Source of the DNA: Eledone cirrhosa
Lineage: Eukaryota
Direction of reading: 5' to 3'
NCBI GenBank assembly: GCA_964016885.1
Contig: OZ024745.1
Coordinates: forward strand, 125,364,001-125,428,000
Length of the DNA stretch: 64,000 nucleotides
The notes beneath the pieces are model-generated. The model had not been told where the DNA came from, did no database searches, and saw only the letters and a program-made list of their open reading frames with translations. Position numbers and translations under genes: made by a program. How positions within the stretch are numbered: position 1 is the first letter of the stretch; the number at the start of each line of letters is the position of its first letter. Positions 48,667 through 62,886 of the stretch are shown piece by piece.

Positions 48667-48867
48667 GTGAGACAGTATTTACGTGTTGCGGTTTCAAAGA
48701 TGGGTTATTATGTTCGGCATTTAAAACCAATACGCAGCATTCCAGTTCATTTGCATAAAAGCCGCCATGGTTTATTTTGCTTTTGTCGGCACCTATTGGT
48801 GCTAAAGACACGAATAATTCGTCAAACTATCTTTTCATGCATATTTTGTATATTCACACACAGACAC

Positions 48868-48969
<102 letters not shown>

Positions 48970-51223
48970 GACACACACAAACAAACATACGAATCTTTAA
49001 TTAAATAAAATGACAATGAAAATTCAGTGAAATAAATATGAAACAAACATCAAAATGAGACTTTCAATAAATAACTAGGGATATCTAAGTGCAAGGATAA
49101 TTGTAATGCCATCTGTGAAACACAATTGATGAATCCCCTGTAGGTTTCCACGATGTGTATTCAGTTGTCCGATCAAGGAAAACATGAATTGACATGTACG
49201 TAGTTTAGCATTTCACAAACACGTGTAGCGTTAACGTGATTGGCATACGGAATCAATATGATTCAACGTGTGACAAAGCTATACCTTTGAATAAAAGGTA
49301 CAATTCATTCTACTATGGACTGGACTTCCATGCCTTTTTCGACTACCTAATTTCAATCAAAAGGTTTGTGTGGACCGTTGTATTGAGCAAAGAAACTTAA
49401 ATAAGAAGCCACCCACTAGTATCAAAACTTAGACAACACGATGGCGAAGCGAATTCTTTAACCACCTAACTTCTTAACTATTCACATAAAACTACTGGAT
49501 GAATAAAGGTCAAAAGTACTGATTGGAAACACCATGACTTAGTAGCTGTCAATAGGGATTGATATATTTGAACAATTATGACTCATTTAGGAACGGTTGT
49601 TGTGGTGAATGATAATGTTTCAAATTCCTTAGGCACTGTACTTGAAATCCAAGCAAAACAATAATGCACTATTTCAACATGGTGTTACTGAGTTTGTATT
49701 TTAATTGTACTGAAACATTAAAATATTCGACTTGGTGACCGAGTACACAGTAAGAAAACTAGGAAAGATGAACACCAAGATTTAGTTAGAACATGGAAAT
49801 TGAAACTCCAGATTCAAAGCCATACGAGTAGAACATATCTCTAGCTAAGTGGCAAATAGTTACAGTTTAATATCAGTACTAGGGATAACACATACTTAAG
49901 GAAAACATCACCGACAGAAATACTGAGAGAAGTTTTAAAGATGGTTTCTTGTCAAACACTATCAAGTCCCCGGACACACATGTGTCCACATACATCTCTA
50001 CCCGTCTTGAGCATGTCTGGCCAGGAGGCCAGACATCCAAATGATTCTGAACGTAGTGTGAACGATATTGAGCAAGTACTCTCACACATGTCATGATTTT
50101 GGACCCAACTATCTAAGTTTTAAAACTTCTCAAAATGAAAATAATAAATATAATTTGTTACAAAACTACATTCTTATTCTGACCACATAACTCAAACAAA
50201 ACATGAATATAAAAACATTCTTAAAAATTAAAGTTTCAATAAAATATTATTTTGACGTGATAAAGTTAATCAAAGGAATTTTTTGCCAGCTAAATTTCGT
50301 ACCGTTACTGACAATTTCAATAGTTTTTCTTCTCCAAAAGGCATTCTTCTAGCAAAACGAAAATTAATGTCATATTATATTAGTAAGAGTGCAATTTTAT
50401 ATTATACTTTATTCACTAATCTTTCTAATTTAATGAAAAAGGTGTAAAGAAATTTAAATTTTAAAAATCAAAATATGCGTTTCAGAGGAAAAATGAAATA
50501 AAAAACAACTCAAATAATAATGATAATAAAAAATGAAATATGTTTGGCTTGGTGGTATTGTTTGATGTCGTGGTGGCGAAAATGAGGTTGATACCGATAT
50601 CGATGGCATTGATAATGATAACGATGATAATTTATAAACAATCATTTGAAAATAATTTTGAAAAAGAATAATTGGTTCTCTAAAACACTATGCTTGATAT
50701 CTCTGCTAATATTAATCATTTTGATGTTTTGTTCATTTTATGAAAATATTCTAACACCTGCCTCACTTTTAGATTTAATGCTCTACAACATAACTTAATA
50801 ACAATATTTCAAAATAAAAGCTATAGAAGACAGTACAGATGTTAGGCTTTACCTTATATGGAAATCTGCAGAGAGACTACCAAAGACCAAATGACAAATT
50901 CTGTTTATTTTCTAATTTCTATGATAGACGAGGTAATCAAGAATTTATGAATAGTAAATTTATTAGAAATTATTAGACAGAAGTAAATTTTATCTATTTA
51001 ATGTGTACAGGTGAAATTCAAGATAATGCAGAATTATTATTTAGCAAGTTTCTATTAACAATTCAGAAACTTTACTTATAGTAAATGACAAAGAAAGAGA
51101 TACACGTGGAAATAAGCATAATCACAGCTTAAATGAATTTCAAATAAATTTCATCGTTGAAATTTTATGAGGAATTAAGGTTAATAGAAAGTAGGGAACA
51201 GAGTTGACGTATTAAACTTCCAT

Positions 51224-51710
51224 TGGATTGGCAGTATCGGTAGAGCGTCGGACGCCATGCTAGGGCGGTGGATTGGCAGTATCGGTAGAGGGTCGGACGC
51301 CATGCTAGGGCAGTGGATTGGCAGTATCGGTAGAGGGTCGGACGCCATATTAGGGCAGTGGATTGGCAGTATCGGTAGAGGGTCGGACGCCATGCTAGGG
51401 CGGTGGATTGGCAGTATCGGTAGAGGGTCGGACGCCATATTAGGGCAGTGGATTGGCAGTATCGGTAGAGGGTCGGACGCCATGCTAGGGCGGTGGATTG
51501 GCAGTATCGGTAGAGGGTCGGACGCCATGCTAGGGCAGTGGATTGGCAGTATCGGTAGAGGGTCGGACGCCATGCTAGGGCAGTGGATTGGCAGTATCGG
51601 TAGAGGGTCGGACGCCATGCTAGGGCGGTGGATTGGCAGTATCGGTAGAGGGTCGGACGCCATGCTAGGGCAGTGGATTGGTAGTATCAGTAGAGGGTCA
51701 GACGCCATGC
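51224..51710 (+). repeat. Tandem array of 11 x 45-bp units derived from the family-A SINE 5' head
   Basis: Unit tagggcrgtggattggcagtatcggtagagggtcggacgccatgc. The last unit runs on into a complete SINE body. Confidence 0.95.
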
Positions 51711-52012
51711 TTTCCAGCATAGTTACGTTCCTTTACGATCTGAGTTCAAATCCCGCCGAGGTTAACTTTGCCTTTCATCCTTACGGGGTCGATAAAATAA
51801 AGTACCAGTAATGTACTGGGTAATTGCTAGCCTTGTATCGTTAGAGCATCAGACAAAATGCTTTGCAGCATAGAGTTATGGCTCTTTACGTTCTGAGTTC
51901 ATATCCGGTCGAGGGTAGCTTTGCCTTTCATCCTTACAGGGTCGATAATATAAAGCACCAGTAATGCACTGAGGTAATTGCTGACCTTGTGCCAAAAGTA
52001 GAAACAATTATT
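51667..52012 (+). mobile_element. Two head-to-tail family-A SINEs (~51667-51837 and ~51836-52012)
   Basis: Two successive B-box/core/tail modules. Confidence 0.85.
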
Positions 52013-52175
52013 ATTTATATAAATATATATATATATTAGAAAGTGAGGTTTTTTTTACAAAATGAAAAATAACCGAGGTGCCCTACACGAGTGAATGTAT
52101 AAAGAAAAAAAGATGAAATCGAAAATGCAACTGGAGTCTTATTTTTTAAAAAATATATATATATTTATTTGGTTC

Positions 52176-52211
52176 CTTTACCGGTTTCGCAGTTCTTCTG
52201 CTTTTCAAAAG
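52176..52211 (-). ncRNA. Candidate minimal hammerhead with a U3:A8 core
   Basis: Minus strand: cuu UUGAAAA gcag aagaa cugc GAAA ccgg UA aag. It lies in a ~210-bp microsatellite-bounded island. Confidence 0.55.
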
Positions 52212-52243
52212 TAGAGTTGAGATGGAGGGTCTGTGATTTTTCT

Positions 52244-52335
<92 letters not shown>

Positions 52336-54237
52336 CATGCACAAAATCATTATTTATAATCAGGAAAAGAAGAAATATGTTTTGAATAGGTGAAGAAGGA
52401 CCATGCATAAATGTGACATGTGCATAATAGTAGAGATATTGCAATGCAATCGCTAGAAAACAACTATATAGTCTTTAGTAGTAAGTATTTCTGAAACACT
52501 ACTGCTTATTCATCATGGTAATTTCACCAGCCTTGGCAGACCATTCTGACGGAGTGTTCAAATTATCCGGCTCTCGTGGTTAGTATGTTAGGGTTTTGAT
52601 CATAAGTTTGTGATTTCCATTCCCAGACAGAGTGATGGTTTGTGTTCCTGTGCGGGGCACTTCATTTGCAATTGCCCCTGGGTCCCTGCAGCGACATTGG
52701 TGCAAAGCTGTATTGACATTTCCTTTCCCTTAGTGAGGAGGAGAGAGGTTGGCATGCATAGACGACTGCTAGCTAGTCTTTCACAATACACCTTGATCAG
52801 TAATGACCAAAGGAGGCCTACTGTTTTTACATCCACATAGTCAAGACTCAATGTTCTGCTATCACAACCTTTTGAATGTTATGTTGCCGATTGTTTTTAT
52901 CTCTCAGGTATAAAAACTAAACTATGTGAATAATCCATATTTTCCAGATATTCCCGCAATGCATCATAAAAAGGCATAAGTAGAACAAATGTATTTTAGA
53001 GAAACTTTTGCACCTTCATCCCTACGAGTTAATAGACTGAAATTGATCTGAATGCATTAATTCTAATATTTTTCCGTTGTATTTATTTCTCACTGTTGCC
53101 TAGAAGGGATTCCAACTTTTAAACGCTCTTTATTTATCATTATTTTATCTATTTAATGGTTTTTGAAATATTTTACATCTTACTATGTTTAACTGGATTA
53201 ATCGATGTGAATAGACAGGAAATAACTCCCTCGCATAATATCTAGAAGTCCTTCATTCTTCAGTATTAAAGCCACGTTGTTTCTCTTATGGCTTTACTAG
53301 TTGATTACTGCTGTCAATTTTACACAGCTCGCAAATCTTTGAAAATAGTCTCCACATATACGAAGAAGAACATTTTTGTGGTCTATTCATGCTACAGTGT
53401 TTCTATTCTTGTACAAAACTATTTTCGGTTGGAAATTGGTAAGCCATTCTTATAAATGCGTGCATATAACTAACTAAACGCATACTCACTTGTAGGTATG
53501 AAAATATGCCTTTGAATGTATTAGAGAGTTTGTGTGTGCGTCTGAAAACGTTTCATATTAACCCTGAGAGTAGTATGGGCCTGATTGCTAATTACCACTG
53601 CACTGTTCATATCATCTCCCTCTTTAATTTAGCGAAATACACCAATTTAAAGTTTACAACCTATGATAGAGTTGTTTCCTAAAGCACATGTAACATACAA
53701 GAGGTTTCGCCGGATCAAAGGAGGGCGGAAAGTGTTTTTGTCGATTTGCGTGAAGATTTGTTTAAGTTAGAGAAGACTGTACACTAAGCCAATCCAACTC
53801 TCTGAGCGACAGCAGCTATAACCCGAAAAGAAAAGATCAACATCATCGGTAACTACTGATCCAGAAGTTTTATGTCGGATTTATCCCAGTTTCCTGAGTT
53901 GCCTTCTCCTAGAAGAATGCCCTGACAAAGTCTAGGGGTCCTTCCCTCCCAGTGGTTTAACTGCGTGATCTGGTATCCAGCCCGATTATTTTTATGTTAC
54001 CGCGCATATACATACACATGCATAAACATATATACATACATGTACATACATTTGTATACATACATGTACATACACATGTATACACATATTTACACCAAGT
54101 AAACTTGGTAGGGTTGCCCACCATACATACATACATAAACACATGCATACACGCATACATACACGCATGCATGCATACATACTCACATGCAAATATACAT
54201 GCATACATGCATACATACACACACACATACATACATA

Positions 54238-55276
54238 GAGACGATGTTTGGTAACGGTAGAACCAGAACTCTTCAATATAAGCTGATCACCCTCAAACAA
54301 GAATTGAGAGCTGTTAGCGAAAAATGCCGATACCTGAAAAAGGTAGATGAAAGAAAATTGCTTAATAAAAGATTCAGACGAAACCAAACTTCAGTCTATA
54401 GAGATATGAAGGGCAAAATAACAAGTGTCACTGAGGCCCCATCCCAGAAAAACATAGATTCCTTTCCTTTTGGAGAAAAATATGGGGTCAAAAGAAGAAT
54501 TTCAACCAAGATGCAGTGTGGCTAAAAGAAATCCAAAAGAACTATTGCTCCTACACTACAACAAAAACATACGAAATAAGTGAGGGTACCCTTGAGACTG
54601 TGATAGGAAAACTCCAAGATAAGAAAATACCAGGAAGGGACATGATTGTCGGCTACTGGTATAAAAAAACTGATATTCTCTCGGAGGTATCTTACCGACC
54701 TCTACCACCAAGTTCTTAAGGGAGATACACGTATACCAGAATGGTTGACATTAGCACAAACATCATTGGTCCCCAAGAACAAAGACACCCTCCTAGCAAA
54801 AAACTACCGACCCATTGCATGCAAGAACCTGATGTATAAGATGTATACAGCCTGTCTGAACCTATTCCTCCAAGATCACTGTGAAAATAATAACATTATC
54901 ACAGATGATCAAGCAGCTGGAAAGAAAGGGGTTTGGGGATGAGCTGAACAACTCCTAATCAACAAAACTGTGATGTCGGAGGTGCGACAACTTAGGAGGA
55001 ATATGACTACAGTCTGGCTGGACTACAGGAAAGCTTTCGATTCTGTTCCCCACTCTTCGATGATAGAGGCCCTCCGACTTGCTAAAGTCACATACATCTC
55101 AAAACATACACATCCACACATACAATAACATCCATATCTACACATGCATGCAGACATGCATATCTACCTAGTTGATGTTGTGTAAATTCCAATGAGAGAG
55201 TCTTGTGTTAGAAACCGACTCTCTCTCTCTATTGGTGAAATTGGTGAAATTATAAAACCAGAAAAACATACATACA
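54238..55276 (+). mobile_element. Second copy of the R4/Dong-clade LINE, 5'-truncated and internally deleted
   Basis: Collinear with 21242-21980 (KNYRPIACKNLMYK, WLDYRKAFDSVPHS), then jumps at ~55090 to the same 3' UTR and (cata)n tail. Confidence 0.92.
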
Positions 55277-55517
55277 CTTATTCAAAGATTGCAAATAGAA
55301 AACAATTTCAATTATATCCAGAAGTTTATTCTACTGAATAAATTACTTTTAGTTAAGACGAAAATTGTGTTTGAGTGCATCTTTTCTTATTAGGAGCAAT
55401 TCACTGCATGTATGTATGTGGTTATATAGATATATGTGTGTGTGTTTGGAGTGTGCGCGTAGGTAGTATGTATACTTCTATATGTAGATATATGTACACG
55501 TACATGCGTGCGCACAC

Positions 55518-56055
<538 letters not shown>

Positions 56056-56212
56056 ATTTATAAAGTATGTGCATGTATACAAGTATGTATACATACTTGT
56101 ATGTGTGTAAGCGTGAATGGGAATGTTAGTGTATGCACATACGTACATATATAATATTTGTGTGAATGCGTAAGGAACAACATACATTTGCCTCCTATTT
56201 TCTCACACTTTC

Positions 56213-56287
<75 letters not shown>

Positions 56288-57275
56288 GTGTTGGTGTTTG
56301 TATGTGTGATAAACAAAAAACAACATTTTACCTAATTTCAACACTACGTGTCTTAAGAATGAAATGTTCTGATTTATCTTTTTCCAAGCAGCAATGTTGT
56401 AAGACTTCGGAATCCTAGAGAATGTTTGAGATTCTCATTCATTCAAAATAATCCACTTAGCTATTCCAAGCTTACATTCAGATACCGAAATGTATATGTT
56501 ATTCATATCTTGCCGATATAACTATTCCAAGCTGTTTAGAATGACATCACCGGAGTATTTAATAAAAAGAACTATCACCAAAAATTCAATCATAACCCAT
56601 TTCAGATTGAGAAAATTTCTTTTTGACTTTTTTAGAATTTCTCTCTATAATTTCCACCAATATTGTTGACACTTCCATTAAATTTATTCTCATTTATTTG
56701 TTATATTTCTAGGTTTTTATTATACATATTTGATAAATTATATATCATCACTGCGAATACAATCATCATCGTCATCATCATCATTAACATCGTTAACGCC
56801 TTTATATTCATGTTTCCATTAGGTAAATCCAGCATAACAAGGTAGTGTTACTTGTCTCTATCTTTCGTCACATCACTAGTAAAAACTAGCCCTTGGATGT
56901 TTAACCAGAGCATTCCTTTACGTGTCTGCCTGAATTCTTATTTCCCCACTAAATGCATTTCATTTCTATTATTATCCATTTCCATCACATGACCGCTAGA
57001 TTTCAAAGAATCTCGTAATCTCTCCTGGCGATTTTACATATGAAATAGTGTATAGCTTATATATCTCATACAGTTTTACTGTATATACACACAAACATTG
57101 AAGATTAAAATATACCCTCCGACTGCGTAGTAAAAAGTACTCTCACATAAATGTTGCAATACCTAAACCATTAGCAAAATTGTATATGGTATTTCCAGTT
57201 GCTAGAAGTAGCAACTATATCTCCCTCAAATCACATCTGCCCATCTTTAGAAACGAAAGATACAAAGTGATCTAT

Positions 57276-58108
57276 GCATTATCATATGTCGAAATTAAGT
57301 TGAATGATTATGGTTTTAGTAGGACAGACCTGTTGCAAAACAACAATGATGAGGCTATTGAGGTAATTTTTCATCTTTCTGTCCCTTCAACCGATATAAT
57401 ATTATTTGCTCCTCTGAAATGTACTTCATAACAATTGCTCTAAGACGTATTTTATTTTGCAGAGAGGGAAGGTCCTGGAAAAAGGGAATATGTCTATGAA
57501 AACCATGTACAGTGTGAAATTGAGAATGACTTTCTTATGAAGAAAGATTAGGTGTAGTAGTTAACTTTGGGTAAATACAACGTGGGTGATAAGAAAATAA
57601 GAGACAAATAAGACGGGAATACTTAAGTGGAAGTGTTACACGACTAGCCAGAACCGAGGAGCGTAAGCCATTGTAGTAACGACAGAAAAGTCAGGCAGAA
57701 GGCAGCTCTTCTGTGAGCCAGAGGTTAGAGTGAATTGTTGTGTGAATTCATGTTACTCACTTAGAAGCAAATGGAACATTTACGTTGCAAATAGAACATT
57801 AATTCTTTAAGATATAGTGATAACAAAGATGTTGGTATTTTACCTTGCAGTCGTTTAATGGTCTCAATATTTCAGGATAAAATCCCTTCATCAAAAGGAT
57901 AATTGAGGAAAGAAATCTTGTGTAATTGTTAAGAAGCCATTTTTAACTTAAAAGTGGTGGCATTATCATATGTCGAAATTAAGTTGAATGATTATGGCTT
58001 TAGTAGGACAGACCTGTTGCAAAACAACAATGATGAGGCTATTGAGGTAATTTTTCATCTTTCTGTCCCTTCAACCGATATAATATTATTTGCTCCTCTG
58101 AAATGTAC
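57276..58108 (+). repeat. 149-bp direct duplication (57276-57424 / 57960-58108) flanking a 535-bp insert
   Basis: gcattatcatatgtcgaaatt...ctctgaaatgtac occurs twice with one mismatch. Confidence 0.93.
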
Positions 58109-58450
58109 ATTTTTTAATTTCAAATTTGTGTTTTTGCTGGAAATGGTGAATGTTCTAAGCTACGTTCTGATATAATATGTGTTGGTATTTATTTTGGAAT
58201 ATGTTTATGTTAACGACTAAGGTGTTGGATTCAGTGGCGAACATAGACAGACCTACTACTACATTTCATTCCACTTCAAAAATAGATATAGCCATAGCTA
58301 AGATCAGAATACAGTTTACAACACGTTTGTTATTATTACATTTTTAGCAATTAATATCCCATTTGCATTATGGTAGCCTTCTAATAACACACTATTTTCT
58401 ATACTTACTTTACACACTGAGACAACGGTGCAAGTAAACTAAAACACTCT

Positions 58451-58558
<108 letters not shown>

Positions 58559-58569
58559 TGTGTGTGTGT

Positions 58570-58880
58570 AGGGTAAAGACCCCCCTTCGGTCACCTATGA
58601 CCATTGGATTTGAACCTAGAAAGTTCTCCTCCGAGGCACAAGCCTGGGCAATGTTGTTTATGGAAGACCAGCAGTCACCCATGCGTACCAGTCTTCCCTC
58701 TCCACGCCACCGATGTGCAAGGGAAAGGCAAAGGCCTATACAGTTTGACACCAGTGACGTCACAACTCATTATTACAGCTGAGTACACTGGAGCAACGTG
58801 AAATGAAGTGTCTTGCTCAAGAACACCACGCAAAGCCTGGTCCGAGAATCGAACTTACAACTCCGCGATTGGAAGCCCGA
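58570..58880 (-). mobile_element. CORE-type SINE (family-B head with a different body)
   Basis: Reverse complement of gtaagttcgattctcggacc...ttcttgagcaagacacttcatttcacgttgctccagtgtactcagctgt. Confidence 0.75.
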
Positions 58881-58894
58881 CGTTCTCTCTATAT

Positions 58895-59607
58895 ATATAG
58901 AGAGAGAGAGAACGGTTAAATAAACAGTGGTGAGAACTTCAAGATAAAAAGAATCATCAATACTCCACCAACATGCTAAAATAGTACATAAGGGAAAATT
59001 AGAGAACATAGAAATAAAAATACAATCTACACACAAAAAAGACGCAATGTTTAGACAAATCACAGAGGCAATAAACATTAATGAACTCCAACCAAAATTA
59101 AATAGAAAACATGAATGGAATAGCAACATCACAACTTACAATTAAGGACAAAATGAAAACACACACACACACATAGAACAAACAATCAACCAGTAACATG
59201 TAAATAAACAAATAAATAAACAAATAAAAACGCACACAGACATCCGGATGTAACACATGCGCAAACTAAGCACACAACACAAACAAAAACAAGATGGCAT
59301 AGGACAGAACAATGGAGAGGCACAAAACAAAGAAAAGAATCCCCAGTCACTGAAGAGGTCACAGAATGTGTGACGAAAGAACTTTGACAATATATGAACA
59401 ACCGTCCGGTTATGGAACCAACCAACCAACCAACCGGAAATGTATAAATTCTTAAATTTATAAATTTAATTTATAATAAATTGGAGTGAAACTAACTGGT
59501 GCGTGTGTTTCTTATTGGCAACACGACCCTCCCAAAGCATAACGATATCAGTTTCAACACACGTTTTCAGATAAAGAATCTTGCTAAACAAATTCAGAAA
59601 CGAAATA
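58895..59607 (+). mobile_element. PLE 3' end: GIY-YIG C-terminal remnant + pLTR with a hammerhead motif (59346-59388)
   Basis: ERLNKQW*ELQDK/ESSILHQHAKIVHKG...DAMFRQITEAININELQPKLNRKHEWN. Hammerhead: guca CUGAAGA g gucaca gaaug ugugac GAAA gaac UU ugac. Bounded by TA tracts. Confidence 0.75.
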
Positions 59608-60722
59608 TATATATATGTAGAGGTTATATTTAATTTGTTGGGATTCAACAAGCTTAAAAATTTAATCCTTTATAACATTTAATCCTTGGAGTCATTTGAG
59701 ATCTTAAAAAATCACTTCTAACTTCCTTTACACATCCTTACTGTTTTTATAATATAATTAAGTAGTTATTCCTTTGTAAACTCTCGTAAATCTTTCATAA
59801 ATTTAGAATTATTTGGATGTTTAAATTTTGACTTACAACTATTAATAAATATAATTTTGCCAAACTTACTTTAATAAAATAAACTATACTAGATTTTCTC
59901 TAATGTAAAATACTATATATTTATTTAAAGAATTCATAATCCTTAACATACACATCTAAACCAATATATTATTACTAATACATCTTAATATAATATAAAT
60001 ATTGTTATACTTTGGGAGGGTCATGTTGCCAATAAGAAATATCAGTTTCAACACACGATTTCAGATAAAGAATCTTGCTTAACAAATTCAGAAACGAAAT
60101 AATATAAATACTTATATTTTAATTTTAATTTTAATTTTTAATTTTTAATTTTTAATTTTTAATTTTTAATTTTTAATTTTTAATTTTTAATTTTTAATAT
60201 TATTAATATTAAATTATTAAATTAAATCTTTAATATTAAGGCAAATTTTAATCTTTAATTTTTATTTCTAATTTTTAATTTTAATCTAATTTTTCAACCT
60301 ATCATTATAAATATTATAATCACAACGTAATGAACCTTACATTATAAATATTATTCTTCCACGTTAATCTTATATCTTCTTTCACTTAGATATGTTTACG
60401 CTGTGTATATTTCTCCATTGAAACTTATTTCTTCATTCACTCTATCTTCACTATCAATATGTATAATCGTTCTTTCTTTCCTCTTCTCTCTTTCTCCTTT
60501 CGTTTTTTCTTTTTTTTTCTCTCTCCGTTACATGTCATCCTCTTCCAACAGTTTAATTTAAATAAACCGTTATCTTTTCAACCTTTCGGACACTCATTTG
60601 CATACTCACTCATAACTTTGTATTACCCTCAATAAAGTATTATCTCCACTATCCAGGAAGCTCCAACCGTTAAGGTTGTCTTTTTTCCGGTTATGTCAAT
60701 ATTTATTTATAAAACAAATCTG

Positions 60723-60788
60723 TATTTTATCTGATGAAAGCGCACCCTAATTTTCCTTGGTTGCCCTTGAAATATGTATAATAAAATA
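60723..60788 (+). ncRNA. Minimal type-I hammerhead ribozyme (pLTR1)
   Basis: uauuuuau CUGAUGA aagcgcacc...gguugcccuu GAAA uaugua UA auaaaaua. Predicted cleavage after 60780. Confidence 0.88.
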
Positions 60789-60973
60789 AATATGGTTTTA
60801 TAAATATAGTTTCCATTTATTAATATATTATGTATTTACTCCACTAAACTGTTGAGTGCTTTATATCAGTTATAAAAATGTTTAAGCTTGTTGAATCCCA
60901 ACAAATTAAATATAACCTCTACATATATTTAGCTCCTTTATTGTTAAGCTCTTTAAATTATAACTGATTAAAA

Positions 60974-61882
60974 ATGGAATTCTTTAGGATCTCTTCTTAT
61001 CTAAAAGACATACCTTTACCTAAGAATAAGGACTTTCTAAAACAACTTATCGAAAAATCGGACTCATTTATAAGAAGACTAAGATGGCGTGCTTTTCATT
61101 TCGATAATAAATCTGATGCGAAAGAAAATATTTCCAATCTTGATAGAATCTTCAAATCCAAAAAGAATCCACCTTCCAACAAACTATTAATGGAATTCGA
61201 AAATGAGATTTTCTCTATCATACAAAACATTAAATTTAAGAAAAACCCCTTTGTAGGCCAGGATTACCTCAAAAGTCTCAAAAATAATATAGAAAACTTT
61301 GAACAAACAAAAAAAAATTATTGTTAAATCAGATAAAACCAAAAATCTTTACGGAATGCAAAAGGATGATTACAATAATCTTATATTGAAGGAATTAGGG
61401 AAAAATTACAAAAGAGCAACCAGTGATGACCTTGAAAGACTATATACTGAAGCTTCTTATATAATGCAGGAATTAGGCATTGAAAATAGGACTCAACCCT
61501 TCATACCTAGGAAACCAAAAATTAATTTGAAGTACCATAAAAAAATTTTGAAATTGAATTACCAGTTAGATTGATTGTACCATCTAAATCGGACCTTGGC
61601 ATACTTAGCAAGAATATTTTAGATAGAATCATACCACAACTTAAGGAAATATCTTATTTAAAATTATGGAATGGGACTAATGAAGTTATTGACTGGATTA
61701 AGGCCATTAAATATAAACGTAACAATAAATTCATTCAATTGGATATTGCTAATTATTACTCATCTATCACTCCTAATCTACTTAATAAAGCCCTTACATA
61801 TGCATTTAAATATACAGATTTAACTAGCAATGAAATGCACATTATCTTAATATTTAATCCTTGGAGTCATTTGAGATCTTAA
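60974..61882 (+). pseudogene. N-terminal half of a PLE reverse transcriptase with two frameshifts, truncated before YxDD
   Basis: LKDIPLP..FLKQLIEKSDSFIRRLRWRAFHF / IIVKSDKTKNLY / RLIVPSKSDLGILSKNILD..W.GTNEVIDW..FIQLDIANYYSSI. Frameshifts occur at the poly-A run ~61310 and at ~61545. Confidence 0.85.
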
Positions 61883-62820
61883 AAAATCACTTCTAACTTC
61901 CTTTACACTTCCTACTGTTTTTTATAATATAATTAAGTAGTTATTCCTTTGTAAACTCTCGTAAATCTTTCATAAATTTAGAATTATTTGGATGTTTAAA
62001 TTTTGACTTACAACTATTAATAAATATAATTTTGCCAAACTTACTTTAGTAAAATAAACTATACTAGATTTTCTCTAATGTAAAATACTATATATTTATT
62101 TAAATAATTTATAATCCTTAACATACACATCTAAACCAATATATTATTACTAATACATCTTAATATAATATAAAGACTTCTGTTTTAATTTTAATTTTTA
62201 ATTTTTAATTTTTAATTTTTAATTTTTAATTTTTAATTATTAATTTTTTATTTTTATTTTTTTTTATTTATTTATTTTTTTTTTTTATTTTAATATTAAT
62301 TTTTAATATTAATATTAAATTATTAAATTAAATCTTTAATATTAAGGCAAATTTTAATCTTTAATTTTTATTTCTAATTTTTAATTTTAATCTAATTTTT
62401 CAACCTATCATTATAAATATTATAATCACAACGTAATGAACCTTACATTATAAATATTATTCTTCCACGTTAATCATATTTCTTCTTTCACTTAGATATA
62501 TTTACGCTGTGTATATTTCTCCATTGAAACTTATTTCTTCATTCACTCTATCTTCACTATCAATATGTATAATCGTTCTTTCTTTCCTCTTCTCTCTTTC
62601 TCCTTTCTTTTTTTTTCTCTCTCCGTTACATGTCATCTTCTTCCAACAGTTTAATTTAAATAAACCGTTATCTTTTCAACCTTTCGGACACTCATTTGCA
62701 TACTAACTCATAACTTTTTATTACCCTCAATAAAGTATTATCTCCACTATCCAGGAAGCTCCAACCGTTAAAGTTGTCTTTTTTCCGGGTATGTCAATAT
62801 TTATTTATAAAACAAATCTG

Positions 62821-62886
62821 TATTTTATCTGATGAAAGCGCACCCTAATTTTCCTTGGTTGCCCTTGAAATATGTATAATAAAATA
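62821..62886 (+). ncRNA. Minimal type-I hammerhead ribozyme (pLTR2)
   Basis: Identical to 60723-60788. Predicted cleavage after 62878. Confidence 0.88.

Noticed and set aside
51181-51811. CRISPR-like array or repeat-protein CDS
   Set aside because: The units are contiguous with no unique spacers, there are no cas genes, and the context is eukaryotic. The unit is the SINE head, and the ORFs follow from the 45-bp period.
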